The notes: a model not told the origin generated them from the letters alone. A DNA stretch of 64,000 nt from an uncultured Spirochaetota bacterium (GCA_963734545.1 CAVTHO010000005.1:288001-352000), one strand, 5' to 3'; counted from the first letter of the stretch, positions 10,609-21,278 are shown. A program made the numbers and translations.

Positions 10609-11772
10609 GTGGAAAACTTCGTCTTTCAGAACGCGACAAAGATCATCTTTGGCAGGGGAACAGAGGTCGAAACGGGCAGGGAATGCGCCCGATTCGGGAA
10701 GAAGGTCCTCCTCCACTACGGCGGCGGCAGCATCAAGAAGTCGGGCCTGTACGACCGCGTCTGCAAATCACTCAAGGAGGCCGGGGTCGCATACGTCGAG
10801 CTGGGAGGCGTCAAGCCCAATCCCCGGCTCAGCCTCGTACAGGAAGGGATCCGTATCTGCCGGGAGGGCAAGATCGAGCTTATTCTCGCTGTGGGCGGAG
10901 GAAGCGTCATCGATTCGGCCAAGGCGATTGCCATCGGCGTTCCCTACACGGGCGACGTGTGGGATTTCTACACAAAGAAAGTCCCCGTGAAGGAGATGCT
11001 TCCCGTCGGGGTGGTGCTCACCATTCCGGCGGCGGGAAGCGAATCGAGCAACGGCTCGGTCATCACGAACGAACAGGGCATGTTCAAGAAGGACGCGGGC
11101 GCGGAGTGCATGCGGCCGAAGTTCGCCGTCATGAATCCCGAGCTCACCTTCACGTTGCCGGCCTACCAGACCGCCTGCGGCGCGGCGGACATCATGGCCC
11201 ACGTCATGGAGAGGTATTTTACCAGGGTTTCAGCGGTGGATTTCACGGACAGGCTCTGCGAGGCGACCCTCAGGACGATCATCGAGAACGTGCCGGTAGC
11301 CCTTGCGCAGCCGGATGACTACGACGCCCGGGCCGAGATCATGTGGGCCAGCACCATCGCGCACAATGACCTGTTGAGCACCGGCCGGGTCGGGGACTGG
11401 GGCTCGCACATGATCGAGCACGAGCTGAGCGGCATCTACGATGTCGCGCACGGCGCGGGACTGGCCGTTGTGTTCCCGGCGTGGATGAAACACGTCTACA
11501 AGAACGACGTAAACCGCTTTGCCCGATTCGCCTCCCGCGTGTGGGGCGTGGAGCCGCGGTTTGACTGGCCGGAGCGGACTGCACTGGAGGGCATCGGCAG
11601 GACGAAGTCTTTCTTCCGTGACATCGGCCTTCCCACGACCCTCTCGGAGCTGGGCGTCAAGGACGACAGAATGGAAGAAATGGCCAGGAAGGCGACGGAG
11701 AGGGGTCCTCTGGGCAATTTCATCAAGCTGGGCGCCCGGGACGTGGTCTCGATCTACCGGCTCGCTCTCTAG
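10609..11772 (+). CDS. Iron-containing alcohol dehydrogenase (BdhA/YqhD family)
   Basis: GGGSVIDSAK, AAGSES, DIMAH, HMIEHELS...HGAGLA. Confidence 0.93.
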   Translation: MENFVFQNATKIIFGRGTEVETGRECARFGKKVLLHYGGGSIKKSGLYDRVCKSLKEAGVAYVELGGVKPNPRLSLVQEGIRICREGKIELILAVGGGSVIDSAKAIAIGVPYTGDVWDFYTKKVPVKEMLPVGVVLTIPAAGSESSNGSVITNEQGMFKKDAGAECMRPKFAVMNPELTFTLPAYQTACGAADIMAHVMERYFTRVSAVDFTDRLCEATLRTIIENVPVALAQPDDYDARAEIMWASTIAHNDLLSTGRVGDWGSHMIEHELSGIYDVAHGAGLAVVFPAWMKHVYKNDVNRFARFASRVWGVEPRFDWPERTALEGIGRTKSFFRDIGLPTTLSELGVKDDRMEEMARKATERGPLGNFIKLGARDVVSIYRLAL

Positions 11773-11810
11773 GGCGAGCCTGCATCGATCGTGTCGGCGC
11801 GTGGAATCAA

Positions 11811-12675
11811 ATGAAAATGCGAGCCCTGGGCCCTGCCCTGTTCGGTCTTCTGCTCCTGCAGGCGTGTACGATCCAGACATTCGCCCTTCGTTCACTGGAT
11901 AACCTTTTCGACAACACGGTCGCATCGTTCATGGAGGAAGGGGATCTTCGGCCTGGCCGAGCAGGGAATTGCCGGCAACCTGAAGCTGCTGGATGGCGTC
12001 GTGAAGAGCGATCCGGAAAACGACAAGTTCCTGCTTCTGGCGTGCCAGGGATATGCCTCCTATGCGCTGGCGTTTGCCGAGAACAGCCCCGAACGCGCGC
12101 TCGCGTTCTACACGCGCGCACGGGCGTATGGCGCCCGCGGGCTGGAAATCCTCGGCGTTCCGCAGAAGGTCTTCACATCCGACGGACCGGCCATGCGCCA
12201 GGCGCTCGCAAGGCTGGATCGGAGCGATGTGCCGCTCGTTTTCTGGACAGCCAGTGCATGGGGGAGCGCCGTGATACTGCAACTGGCGGATCCGGACGCC
12301 ATCGCCGGCCTCCCGAGCATCAACGCGATGATGGAATGGGTGAAAGAGAAAGACCCGACCTACTATTACGGCGGTCCCTACCTGTACTTCGGCATGTACT
12401 ACGGCAGTTTCCCTCCCCTGCTGGGCGGCAGGCCTGACCTGGCAAAGGAGAACTTCGAGCGTGCCATTACCGCGGGCGGCGGCAGGTTCCTGATGACCTA
12501 CGTTTTCTATGCAAAAACCTACGCAGTGGAAACGCAGGATGAGCGCCTGTTCGAGGACCTTCTCAAGCATGTTATCGACGCTTCCGCAGATGTGCTTCCC
12601 GAGCAGCGCCTGGCGAATACCGTGGCAAAGAAGCGGGCGCAGGAAGCGCTGGCCCGCAAGGGCGACTACTTCTGA
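11811..12675 (+). CDS. TRAP transporter TatT component lipoprotein; frameshift near 11948
   Basis: Lipobox LQAC; frames join to give DLGLAEQGIAGNLKLLDG; PPLLGG motif; upstream of dctPQM. Confidence 0.8.
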
Positions 12676-12694
12676 TGAAGAAGCCCGACAGGAG

Positions 12695-13708
12695 ATGCCT
12701 TTGAAACGCTTTTTCCTTCTCATCAGCCTCTCGCTCGTCTTCGTTCTGCACGTTCCCGCCCAGCAGTACACGATCAAGTTCGCCACGCTGGCACCCGAAG
12801 GCAGTACCTGGTTGAAGGTCATGAGAGACTTCGACAAGGCCGTCCGGCAGGACAGCGGCGGACGCCTCGGGTTCAAGTTGTACCCCGGCGGCGTGGCCGG
12901 AGACGAGAAAGACGTCATTCGGAAAATCCGTCTGGGCCAGTACAATGGAGGGGGATTTACCGGTATCGGAATCGGAGAGATAGCGAAGAAAGTCCGCATC
13001 CTGGACGCACCGCTTCTATTCCGAAGCTACGATGAGGTGGACTACATCATCCAGAAATATCAAAAGGATTTTGAGCAGGCCCTGGAGGAGGGGGGGTTCG
13101 TCCTTCTCGGCTGGGCGGAAGTCGGTTTTGTCTATGTCTACTCCGACAGGCTCCTCTCTTCGCTCGAGGATCTGAAAAACGCCAAGGCCTGGATGTGGGA
13201 GGGGGATCCCATTGCGCAGGCCGCATATCACGCCATCGGGGTTTCCCCCGTGCCTCTCTCCGTCACTGACGTCATGAGCTCCCTGCAGACGGGAATGATC
13301 AATGCGGTCTACAGCTCCCCCTACGCTCTCATCGCGCTGCAGTGGTTCACCCGGGTAGGCTTTGCTTCTACCCAGCCTCTCGCGGACGCGCTGGGAGCCG
13401 CAATCGTCTCGAAGAAGCTGTTCGATTCCCTGCCTGACGACCTGAAGACACTGCTTCTGGCCGATGCGCGGAAGTACATCGGTCAGCTGACCCCCTCCAG
13501 CCGCCAGGACAATGCAAAAGCGATCCAGACGCTCAAGGGGAGAGGCATGGTATTCACCCAGCCGACGAAGGACCTCGCGGCGAGATCGGAGGCGCTGGGC
13601 GCGGAAGCACGAAGACTTCTCGTGGGGAAACTGTTCACAAAGGAGTTCCTCGAAGAAGTGGAAGGGGCGCTCGGGAGCTTCCGACAGGACCACGCATCCG
13701 CCCGGTGA
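12695..13708 (+). CDS. dctP: TRAP substrate-binding protein
   Basis: IKFATLAPEGSTW, YPGGVAGDE. Confidence 0.9.
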   Translation: MPLKRFFLLISLSLVFVLHVPAQQYTIKFATLAPEGSTWLKVMRDFDKAVRQDSGGRLGFKLYPGGVAGDEKDVIRKIRLGQYNGGGFTGIGIGEIAKKVRILDAPLLFRSYDEVDYIIQKYQKDFEQALEEGGFVLLGWAEVGFVYVYSDRLLSSLEDLKNAKAWMWEGDPIAQAAYHAIGVSPVPLSVTDVMSSLQTGMINAVYSSPYALIALQWFTRVGFASTQPLADALGAAIVSKKLFDSLPDDLKTLLLADARKYIGQLTPSSRQDNAKAIQTLKGRGMVFTQPTKDLAARSEALGAEARRLLVGKLFTKEFLEEVEGALGSFRQDHASAR

Positions 13709-14211
13709 AAATCATTCGCCAGACAGATCGCGTTTTGACGGCGATCGTGACGGTCATCCTCATCTGCGCCTTCTCTGTCATGCTCGGGCTCGCCTTTCTC
13801 CAGTTGTTCCTCCGGGGCACGCTTCATACGGGGATCGTCTGGGGTGACGTCGCGGCCCGGCAGCTCGTGATCTGGGTCGGTTTTTTCGGGGCGTATCTCG
13901 CCGCTCGTTCCCGCAGGCATTTTCACATCGATGTCCTGACCCGTTTCCTCGGTCCGCGTCTTCGCCTCTGGTTCGACGCATTCTCGGATCTCTTCTCCGC
14001 GCTCATCTGCTTCTTTCTGGTGATTGCGAGCCGGACCTTTGTCGCCGTCGGGCTGGATGCGAGCGCCACCCTGTTCCTCGGTATTCCCCAGACAGCGGCG
14101 GCCGCAATCGTGCCGGCAGGCTTCGGACTCATCGCGGTCCAGTTCCTGCTGAGAACGCTGGAGGGTCTGGCGACGGCGATCCGGGGCGTGCCGCCCGGGA
14201 AGGCCGGCTGA
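13705..14211 (+). CDS. dctQ: TRAP small permease
   Basis: 4 TM segments, HFHIDVL motif, operon position. Confidence 0.9.
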   Translation: MKIIRQTDRVLTAIVTVILICAFSVMLGLAFLQLFLRGTLHTGIVWGDVAARQLVIWVGFFGAYLAARSRRHFHIDVLTRFLGPRLRLWFDAFSDLFSALICFFLVIASRTFVAVGLDASATLFLGIPQTAAAAIVPAGFGLIAVQFLLRTLEGLATAIRGVPPGKAG

Positions 14212-15479
14212 TGACGACGTGGCTCCTGGTCGCTGCCCTCGTCCTGCTGGCCCTCGCGGGCGCCCCCCTTTTTGCGATCATTGCCGCCATCGGCCTCCTC
14301 GCCTTCAGCGCGGTGGGCATAGACCCGGCCGCGCTCATCGCCGAGCTCTACCGTCTCGTCGACTTCCCCGCATTGATCGCTATCCCCCTGTTCACCTTTG
14401 CCGGTTTTGTGCTCGCGGAAAGCCAGGCGCCGCGGCGGCTCATCGCCCTTGCGCAGGCAGTGTTCGGCTGGGTGCCGGGCGGTCTGGGCGTGGTGGCGGT
14501 ATTCGCCACGGCCGTTTTCACCGCCTTTACCGGCGCGTCCGGAGTCACGATCATCGCGCTTGGCGGGCTGCTTTACCCGGCCCTGATCCAGCAGGGCTAT
14601 CCCAAGCGGTTTTCTCTCGGGCTCATGACCACCTCGGGGAGCCTTGGCCTGCTCTTCCCCCCCTCGCTGCCCATCATCCTGTACAGCATCGTGGCCGGTA
14701 TCAGCATCGACAAGCTGTTCGTCGCCGGTCTCGTCCCCGGTATCCTTCTCGTGGTCATCCTCTCGGCATACAGCATCCGCATGGGGATCGTGGCAAATGT
14801 GCCGCGGACGCCCCTGGTCATGAAAGGGGTGTGGCGCGCGCTGAAGGAAGCGGTGTGGGAAGCCCCCCTGCCGCTGATAGTGATCGGCGGGATCTACGGC
14901 GGCCTCTTCACCGCCACCGAGGCGGCAGCCGTGACCGCGGTTTATGTTCTGGTGGTGGAGGTTTTCATCCGCCGCGACATCTCGTTCTTCGGCGGGCTTC
15001 CGAAGGTGATCAAGGAGAGCATGATCCTGGTCGGCGCCATCCTCATCATGCTCGGGGCGGCCATGGGCCTGACCAGCTATATCATCGATCAGCAGATCCC
15101 GATGAAGCTGTTCGCGTTCATCAGCCACTACGTGAGCAGCAAGCTCGTCTTCCTCATCGTTCTGAACCTCTTCATCCTGGTGATGAACATGGTGGAGATA
15201 TTCTCCGCGATCATCATCGTGGTTCCGATCATCGTCCCGGTGGCGCTTCGCTTCGGCGTGGACCCGGTCCACCTTGGCGTCATATTCCTGCTGAATCTCG
15301 AGATCGGCTACATGACCCCGCCGCTCGGTTTGAATCTTTTCCTTTCGAGCATCCGCTTCAACAAACCGCTTTCCGAGGTATACCGGACAGTGCTGCCATT
15401 CTTCGCCCTGCTCCTGGTCGTGCTGCTGGTGATCACGTACTTCCCGCAGCTCAGCCTGGTGCTGACCGGAGGAGGTTGA
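14211..15479 (+). CDS. dctM: TRAP large permease
   Basis: AIPLFTFAG, GLLFPPS, GYMTPPLGLNLF. Confidence 0.93.
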   Translation: MTTWLLVAALVLLALAGAPLFAIIAAIGLLAFSAVGIDPAALIAELYRLVDFPALIAIPLFTFAGFVLAESQAPRRLIALAQAVFGWVPGGLGVVAVFATAVFTAFTGASGVTIIALGGLLYPALIQQGYPKRFSLGLMTTSGSLGLLFPPSLPIILYSIVAGISIDKLFVAGLVPGILLVVILSAYSIRMGIVANVPRTPLVMKGVWRALKEAVWEAPLPLIVIGGIYGGLFTATEAAAVTAVYVLVVEVFIRRDISFFGGLPKVIKESMILVGAILIMLGAAMGLTSYIIDQQIPMKLFAFISHYVSSKLVFLIVLNLFILVMNMVEIFSAIIIVVPIIVPVALRFGVDPVHLGVIFLLNLEIGYMTPPLGLNLFLSSIRFNKPLSEVYRTVLPFFALLLVVLLVITYFPQLSLVLTGGG

Positions 15480-15500
15480 GCGGGGGAAGCGAGGGGGGGG

Positions 15501-16748
15501 TCAGCGCCGGCCGTCGAACGAGTATCCGATCTCCTGGAACTTCGCGCGAAACTCGGTCACTTCGTCACCGACGAACTTCTTCTCCATGAGGCATCGCCTG
15601 AAAAGCTCGGCAATGCGCTCCATCTCCGGCTCCTTCATGCCGACCCGGGTCATCTCCTGCACGCCGAGACGGATCCCGGCAGGGTTGGTCACCCGGTCCA
15701 GGGGCTCGTGGGGGAGAAGATTCATGTTCGCGATGATCCGGTTGTCCTTCAGCGTCAGTGCGGCCGAGGCCCCGCCGCCGAAATCGGACATGTCGATCGC
15801 CACCTGGTGACTCTCGGTGAATCCGAACTGTTCTGCCGCGACCTTGAAGCCGAGGTCGAACAGCTTGCGGGCGAAGTGTTTCGCATTCGCCACGGTCTGC
15901 CGCGCGTACTCCTCGCCGAACTCCATCATCTCGTACGTGGCGAACGTGAGCGCCACGAGTGTTTCCAGGTGGTGATTGGAGGACGAACCCGGGAAAGCTC
16001 CCTTGTCGATCTTGCGCCATTCATCGTCGTCCAGGTTGGAGAGGATCACCCCCCGTTGAGAACCGAAAAAAGTCTTGTGCGTGCTTGCCGTCACGAGGGG
16101 CGCGCCCTCCGCGAGAGGGTCCTGGAACTGGTGACCCGCGATGAGCCCCAGCACGTGGGCCGCGTCATAGATGAGGTGGATTCCCCTCCTCTTGCAGAAA
16201 GGAGCGATCTCCTTCACCGGTTCGGGAAACAGGAAAAGGCTCTTGCCCATGATCATGATTTTGGGCTCCAGTGCCTTCATGAGATCCAGTGTGTGCTCCA
16301 CGTCAATGTGCCAGCCGTCCGCCGTGAGGGGAAAGTTCACTATGTTCTTCGTGTATTTTCCCACGGAGCCCGCCCGGTGGTGGCTGATGTGGCCGCCCCC
16401 CGGCGTGGAGTTGACCATGACCACATCCCCCGGGCGTATGTAGCGGCTGAACACCGCGTCGTTGGCGATTGTCCCGCTGATGGGGCGCACGTCGGTGTGC
16501 CGGCAGCGAAAGAGGCCCTTCATCTGCTGCTTGAGCAGGCTCTCGATTTCGTCGATGATTTCCGTGCCCTGGTAGTAGCGCTCACCGGGATGACCTTCGG
16601 CGTAGCGGTGGGCGAAGTCCGAGCCCATGAGCCCCCGCACGCGGCGGCTGGTCACATTCTCACTGGCAATCAGGTTGAGGCATGTCTCCCGCCAGCTGTT
16701 CTGGTCTCTTACCAGCGCCTCGATGTGAGACGCGTTCCTCTCGTTCAT
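15501..16748 (-). CDS. glyA: Serine hydroxymethyltransferase, archaeal-type
   Basis: LIASEN, YAEGHPGERYY, STHKTF (PLP Lys), FPGSSSNHHL. Confidence 0.93.
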   Translation of the reverse strand: MNERNASHIEALVRDQNSWRETCLNLIASENVTSRRVRGLMGSDFAHRYAEGHPGERYYQGTEIIDEIESLLKQQMKGLFRCRHTDVRPISGTIANDAVFSRYIRPGDVVMVNSTPGGGHISHHRAGSVGKYTKNIVNFPLTADGWHIDVEHTLDLMKALEPKIMIMGKSLFLFPEPVKEIAPFCKRRGIHLIYDAAHVLGLIAGHQFQDPLAEGAPLVTASTHKTFFGSQRGVILSNLDDDEWRKIDKGAFPGSSSNHHLETLVALTFATYEMMEFGEEYARQTVANAKHFARKLFDLGFKVAAEQFGFTESHQVAIDMSDFGGGASAALTLKDNRIIANMNLLPHEPLDRVTNPAGIRLGVQEMTRVGMKEPEMERIAELFRRCLMEKKFVGDEVTEFRAKFQEIGYSFDGRR

Positions 16749-16765
16749 TGCCGTTCCTTTCGATC

Positions 16766-16819
16766 CATCCGCGACCTGCGGGTTTCATCCGCGACCTTGC
16801 GCACCTGCGGGTCTCATCC
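16766..16819. repeat. Short tandem repeat CATCCGCGACC(T)TGCG
   Basis: Two copies plus a partial third upstream of glyA. Confidence 0.6.
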
Positions 16820-16827
16820 TGCACTAC

Positions 16828-17788
16828 TCACAGCGCAGCCAGATATTCGTAGATCCTGTCGTCGACGCCCGGAAGCGATTCATGCGCGAAATCAGGGTAG
16901 ATCACCAGATTCTTCCTGCACGTCATTCTATTATATGCGGCAAACTGGGAAGAGGGAGGGCAGACCTCGTCCATGAGACCGACCGCCATGCACGTGTCCG
17001 CGGTGACCCGGGAGGCGAGGTGCTGCACGTCGACATAGCCCAGGGTCGTGAACACCTCTTTCTCCCGCTCGTGCAGCGGATCGAATGCCCGGAAGTACCA
17101 CGCAAGCTCCTCGTATGCCGCGTACGGCGAGATCCATCTCCCAGACCCTGAGGTAGTCCGAAAGGAAGGGAAAGACGGGAAACGCGCGGCGCACGCGCGG
17201 CTCGAGTGCGGCACATGCGATTGTCAGCCCACCCCCCTGCGAGCCGCCCGTTGCGCCGACCCTGTCCGGGTCCACGTCAGGCATGTCCATGACGATTCGG
17301 GCGAGCTCCGCGGTATCCAGAAAGACGTGGCGGAAGAGCAGGTTGTCCGGTGTATCGTCAAGCCCGCGGATGATGTGCCCGCGAAGCGTTGTGCCCTTCA
17401 CCCCGCCGGTGTCCTCCGAGAGGCCGCCTTGGCCGCGGCAGTCCAGTGCGGCCACGGAAAAGCCCAGGGCCGCCCATTTCAGCTTTTCCGACCACTCTCC
17501 GCTGTTCACCGAATAGCCGTGGAACTGGAGCACAGCGGGATGTTTTCCCCTGGGCCGGGCGGGCCGTACGTACTTTGCGTGAATGCGCGCGCCGCGCACG
17601 CCGGTGAAATACATGTCGAAGCATTCGGCGTAAGGGGCGTTCATGGCGTGGGGAACGAGCTCGACCATGGGGTCGGTGGCGTGCATTTCCGCAAGAGCCC
17701 GGTCCCAGTACGAATCGTGATCGGCCGGTCGGGGATTTCTCCCCGTGTACTGCTTCAACTCGTGAAGAGGCATGTCAATGAGCGGCAC
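16828..17788 (-). CDS. Acetyl xylan esterase / cephalosporin-C deacetylase (CE7); frameshift near 17122
   Basis: RGQ, GGSQGGG, PFLSD; second frame has DEVCPPSSQ and PDFAHE. Confidence 0.88.
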
Positions 17789-17811
17789 GGATAGCCCCTC
17801 TCATTCGTGCA

Positions 17812-19071
17812 TCAATGCTTGAAGCATCTCTGCCCCGTGTAGACCATGGCGACACCGCTCTCGTTGCAGGCTTCGATGGACTCGAAGTCCCTCTCCGACC
17901 CGCCGGGCTGGACTATGGCGGTCACCCCCTCACGAATTCCGGTATCCACGCCGTCGCGAAAAGGAAAAAACCCGTCGGACACCATGCACGAGCCTTCGAT
18001 GCCCCCCTTCTGGCGTGCAACTTCCCGATCAACCTCCTGCCGCGCTTCGGCTTTCTCAAGACCGGTGTACGGGACATGGAAGGTCTCGAATGATATCCGG
18101 TCCGCCAGCTTTCGATAGGCCTTGTCCCGGGCGATTTCCGCAACCCCGACCCTGTCCTGCTCTCCGGTGCCGATCCCCACCGTGGCCCCGTCCTTGACGT
18201 AGATCACCGAGTTGCTCGTGATGCCGGTTTCCACCAGCCAGCCGAAAAGCAGGTCTTCGAGCTCTGCTTCGGTGGGAAGACGCGCAATCCGGTACTCTTT
18301 CCCCTTGTACGAGGCCTGCGCAGGAAGGAAATCCGCCGTGCGAAGGGTCTTCGGCACGAATGGGGTCTGCAGAATGACGCCGCCGTCGATGAGGCTCTTG
18401 AAATCGACATAGGGAGCGCCTACAAACGATCCCAGCCGCGCCATTGCCCCTATGCGCATGACCCGGAGGTTCTTCCACTTCGCAAAGAGCTCCGCGACGC
18501 CGGGCGCAAACTCGGGCGCCACAATCACCTCGGCATAAGTCTCCGCGACGAGCTCGGCCGTCTCCCGATCCACTTCTCGATTCAGGGCAATTGCCCCTCC
18601 AAAGGCGGCCAACCGGTCAGCCATGTGCGCCTTGTGGTAGGCCTCGGCGGGTGTTCCGCCCTTTGCGGCACCGCAGGGATTGTTGTGCTTCACGATGACG
18701 GCAAAAGGGGTATCGTCGAAGTAGCGCAGGATGTTCAGCGCATTGTCCACGTCCGTGATGTTGATCTTCCCCGGATGCTTTCCCGACTGCAGCAATTCCA
18801 CGTCCGACGCAAGGTGCCGGCCCGGCTGCACAGTCATCACGTTGGCAAGTGCGAGGTTGCCGTTCACCAGCCTGTACAGCGCCGCTTCCTGGCCCGGGTT
18901 CTCCCCGTAGCGCAGTCCCTTTTCCTCGCCGGAGATGACCCACGTTGCCTTTTCATAGAAGAGGGTCTGCCGCCCGCTCTCATCGATGAAGCTGATTTCC
19001 ATCCTGTCAGGAAAGTGATCTTCCATCATGCGCTTGTAGGCGCTCTTGAAATCCGGCCCCGGCACGCTCAC
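17812..19071 (-). CDS. purH: AICAR transformylase domain of a split PurH
   Basis: LRYGENPGQ, KHNNPCG, SDGFFPFRDG, QPGGS, QRCFKH. Confidence 0.9.
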   Translation of the reverse strand: MSVPGPDFKSAYKRMMEDHFPDRMEISFIDESGRQTLFYEKATWVISGEEKGLRYGENPGQEAALYRLVNGNLALANVMTVQPGRHLASDVELLQSGKHPGKINITDVDNALNILRYFDDTPFAVIVKHNNPCGAAKGGTPAEAYHKAHMADRLAAFGGAIALNREVDRETAELVAETYAEVIVAPEFAPGVAELFAKWKNLRVMRIGAMARLGSFVGAPYVDFKSLIDGGVILQTPFVPKTLRTADFLPAQASYKGKEYRIARLPTEAELEDLLFGWLVETGITSNSVIYVKDGATVGIGTGEQDRVGVAEIARDKAYRKLADRISFETFHVPYTGLEKAEARQEVDREVARQKGGIEGSCMVSDGFFPFRDGVDTGIREGVTAIVQPGGSERDFESIEACNESGVAMVYTGQRCFKH

Positions 19072-19757
19072 CCCCCTGCCCTGACGTGGTACGGAGCGGA
19101 GACTTCTTCCGGCGGTATGCAGGACAGATATTCGGCGATCGCCGCATCATAGTGGGCGGTCAATAGGAAGGCCTTCCGCGCCAGGCTGAACCGCGTGGCG
19201 AGGCCCAGCGTGCCGCCTGATTCGCTCAGCTCCTTGACGACTCCCGGGTAGTCGGCGGGATCTGTGAGAGCAGCCACACGATGGAAGTTCTTGGCCGCCG
19301 CCCTGACCATGCAGGGCCCGCCGATGTCGATGTTGCCCCGGGCATCTTCCAGAGTCGCGCCGCTCCGCGCGACTGTCTCGGTGAAAGGGTAGAGGTTCGC
19401 AACCACCATGTCGATGGGAACTGCCCCAGCCCGGGTAAGGTCAGCCTGGTGCGCGGGATTGTGCGTCTCTGAGAGAAGCCCGAGATAGATCTTGAAATCG
19501 AGTGTTTTCACGAGCCCGCCCTGCATCTCGGGCTGTCCCGTATAGTCGGAAACCTGCTGCAGCGAGCGTGATGCGGAATCCCCCAGCAGCTTCCCTATGG
19601 CTGCGTGCGAGCCGCCGGTGGAAAGAATGCGGAGGTCGGGATTTGCGGCGAGCAGCCCGCGGAGGAGGATATCGAGACCCGTCTTGTCGAAGACGCTTAC
19701 CAGGACGGTTTTCACCCTCACCCGGTCGTCGATCGTCTCCACTTTGTTGATGGCCAT
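19068..19757 (-). CDS. purH: IMP cyclohydrolase (MGS-like) domain of a split PurH
   Basis: VSVFDKTG, STGGS, GLVKTL, NIDIGGP, AAKN. Confidence 0.9.
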   Translation of the reverse strand: MAINKVETIDDRVRVKTVLVSVFDKTGLDILLRGLLAANPDLRILSTGGSHAAIGKLLGDSASRSLQQVSDYTGQPEMQGGLVKTLDFKIYLGLLSETHNPAHQADLTRAGAVPIDMVVANLYPFTETVARSGATLEDARGNIDIGGPCMVRAAAKNFHRVAALTDPADYPGVVKELSESGGTLGLATRFSLARKAFLLTAHYDAAIAEYLSCIPPEEVSAPYHVRAGG

Positions 19758-19778
19758 CGCGTCCTCCGCGCGGCCATG

Positions 19779-21212
19779 CTATTGACTTTCCCGGGGAGAT
19801 GCAAGACCGGACCGCTGCAGCTCGACGTCGGCAAGCCGGGTCTCGATTGCCTGCGGCAAGCCGCGACCTGCAATCTGCACCAGGTACGTGCGGCCTGCCC
19901 TTTCCATTCCGCCATTCAACCAGGCGATCGCCACGTAGAAGAGCATGCGGGCCTTCAATGCCGAATTGCGCTCTCGGTCGATACGGGCAAGCAGTGCCGT
20001 TCCCGAATTCGTATCCAGGAGGAATCGCGCCACGTCGCGCTGCCACGATTCGCCGGGGACCCGGTCCAGCACCTGTTGGAGGATGCCGGCCGCTTCCCTC
20101 CGGTTTCCCTGCCGGATCCAGCAGAGAGCGGCACACAACGCCAGGGAGTATTCTTCCTCCTGGAACTCATAGGCACGCAGCAACGCTGTGCGCGCCTTTG
20201 CCCATTCCCCCCTGGTCCAATACAGCACGGCGAGTGGAGCATACGCATACCAGTAGCCCGGCTTGAGGCTGACCACGCGCTCCCAGTCGGCGATAGCCCT
20301 GTCCGCGTCGCCTCCATTCGAGAGCGCGCCCGCGCGCAGCGCGTACGCTTCGAACTGGCCGGGTTCGAGCGTGATGGCCGTCGAAAGATCGGCAATCGCC
20401 TCCGGGCGCTGCGCCCGGCGCAGGTAGAGCTTTGCCCGGTCGATGTACGACCAGGGGTAGTCCGGGGCGATCTCGATTGCGCGAGACAGGTCCTGCAGCG
20501 CACCTGGCGCATCGTCCAGGGCCTGCCGCGCCCTGGCCCTGTCGATGTAGGCGAAAGGGTAGTCGGGCTGCACGTGCACGGCCTTGTCGTACAGGGCCTC
20601 GGCGGACTTCCAGTCCTTTGCGCGGGAGAAGACCGCGCCCTTGCCGAGCAACGCGGCAAGGTGGGAAGGCTCACGCGCGAGCGCGCGCTCGAAAAGCCCG
20701 CCTGCCTCTGCATCTTCACCATTTTCCAGGGCCTGCTCCCCGAGGGCTGCCAGCGCGTCCGGGTGTCCATCGTCGATCGCCACCACTTTCCGCAGAAGAG
20801 TTTCCTGCTCTTTCAGGCGGCCCGCCAGGCCGTCAAGCACGGAAAGGTTGTAGAGCGCGTCCGTGTTCCCCGGCTCCACGGCGAGCACGAGCTCGAGCTC
20901 GGAACGGGCATCCTCCAGCCTGCCGGAGATCATGAGGAGACGTGCATGCAGGATGCGGGTTGCCGGGCTCTGCGGCTTTGCTGCCCGCGCGTGCTCGTAG
21001 CTTTCCAGCGCCTCCTCCGGCCGGCCGAGGGCGATTGCCGTGCTCATGCTCTCGAAAGGGAGCTCCTCGCCGGCCGCAGGCGCCTTTTCAACCGTCTCTG
21101 CAGGCTCGCGTGCGGGAGCAAGACATGCAGACAGGCACACACTGAGAATCAGGATGACTGCGCGCAGGGGCCGGATGCTGCGCATGGTGGGCGGGCAGGT
21201 GCTGCGGATCAT
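19779..21212 (-). CDS. Tetratricopeptide-repeat lipoprotein
   Basis: Many TPR units; LSAC lipobox; start uncertain (21212 or 21185). Confidence 0.8.
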   Translation of the reverse strand: MIRSTCPPTMRSIRPLRAVILILSVCLSACLAPAREPAETVEKAPAAGEELPFESMSTAIALGRPEEALESYEHARAAKPQSPATRILHARLLMISGRLEDARSELELVLAVEPGNTDALYNLSVLDGLAGRLKEQETLLRKVVAIDDGHPDALAALGEQALENGEDAEAGGLFERALAREPSHLAALLGKGAVFSRAKDWKSAEALYDKAVHVQPDYPFAYIDRARARQALDDAPGALQDLSRAIEIAPDYPWSYIDRAKLYLRRAQRPEAIADLSTAITLEPGQFEAYALRAGALSNGGDADRAIADWERVVSLKPGYWYAYAPLAVLYWTRGEWAKARTALLRAYEFQEEEYSLALCAALCWIRQGNRREAAGILQQVLDRVPGESWQRDVARFLLDTNSGTALLARIDRERNSALKARMLFYVAIAWLNGGMERAGRTYLVQIAGRGLPQAIETRLADVELQRSGLASPRESQ

Positions 21213-21278
21213 GAGATCCAGGCCGTCATAGCCGACCTCGTTGAATCTTTCAAGTCCCCTTGGTAGAATCCGCCCGCG

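Noticed and set aside
11811-15479. TatT-TRAP system as a novelty
   Set aside because: TPR-protein-associated TRAP (TPAT) transporters are already described from Treponema pallidum.
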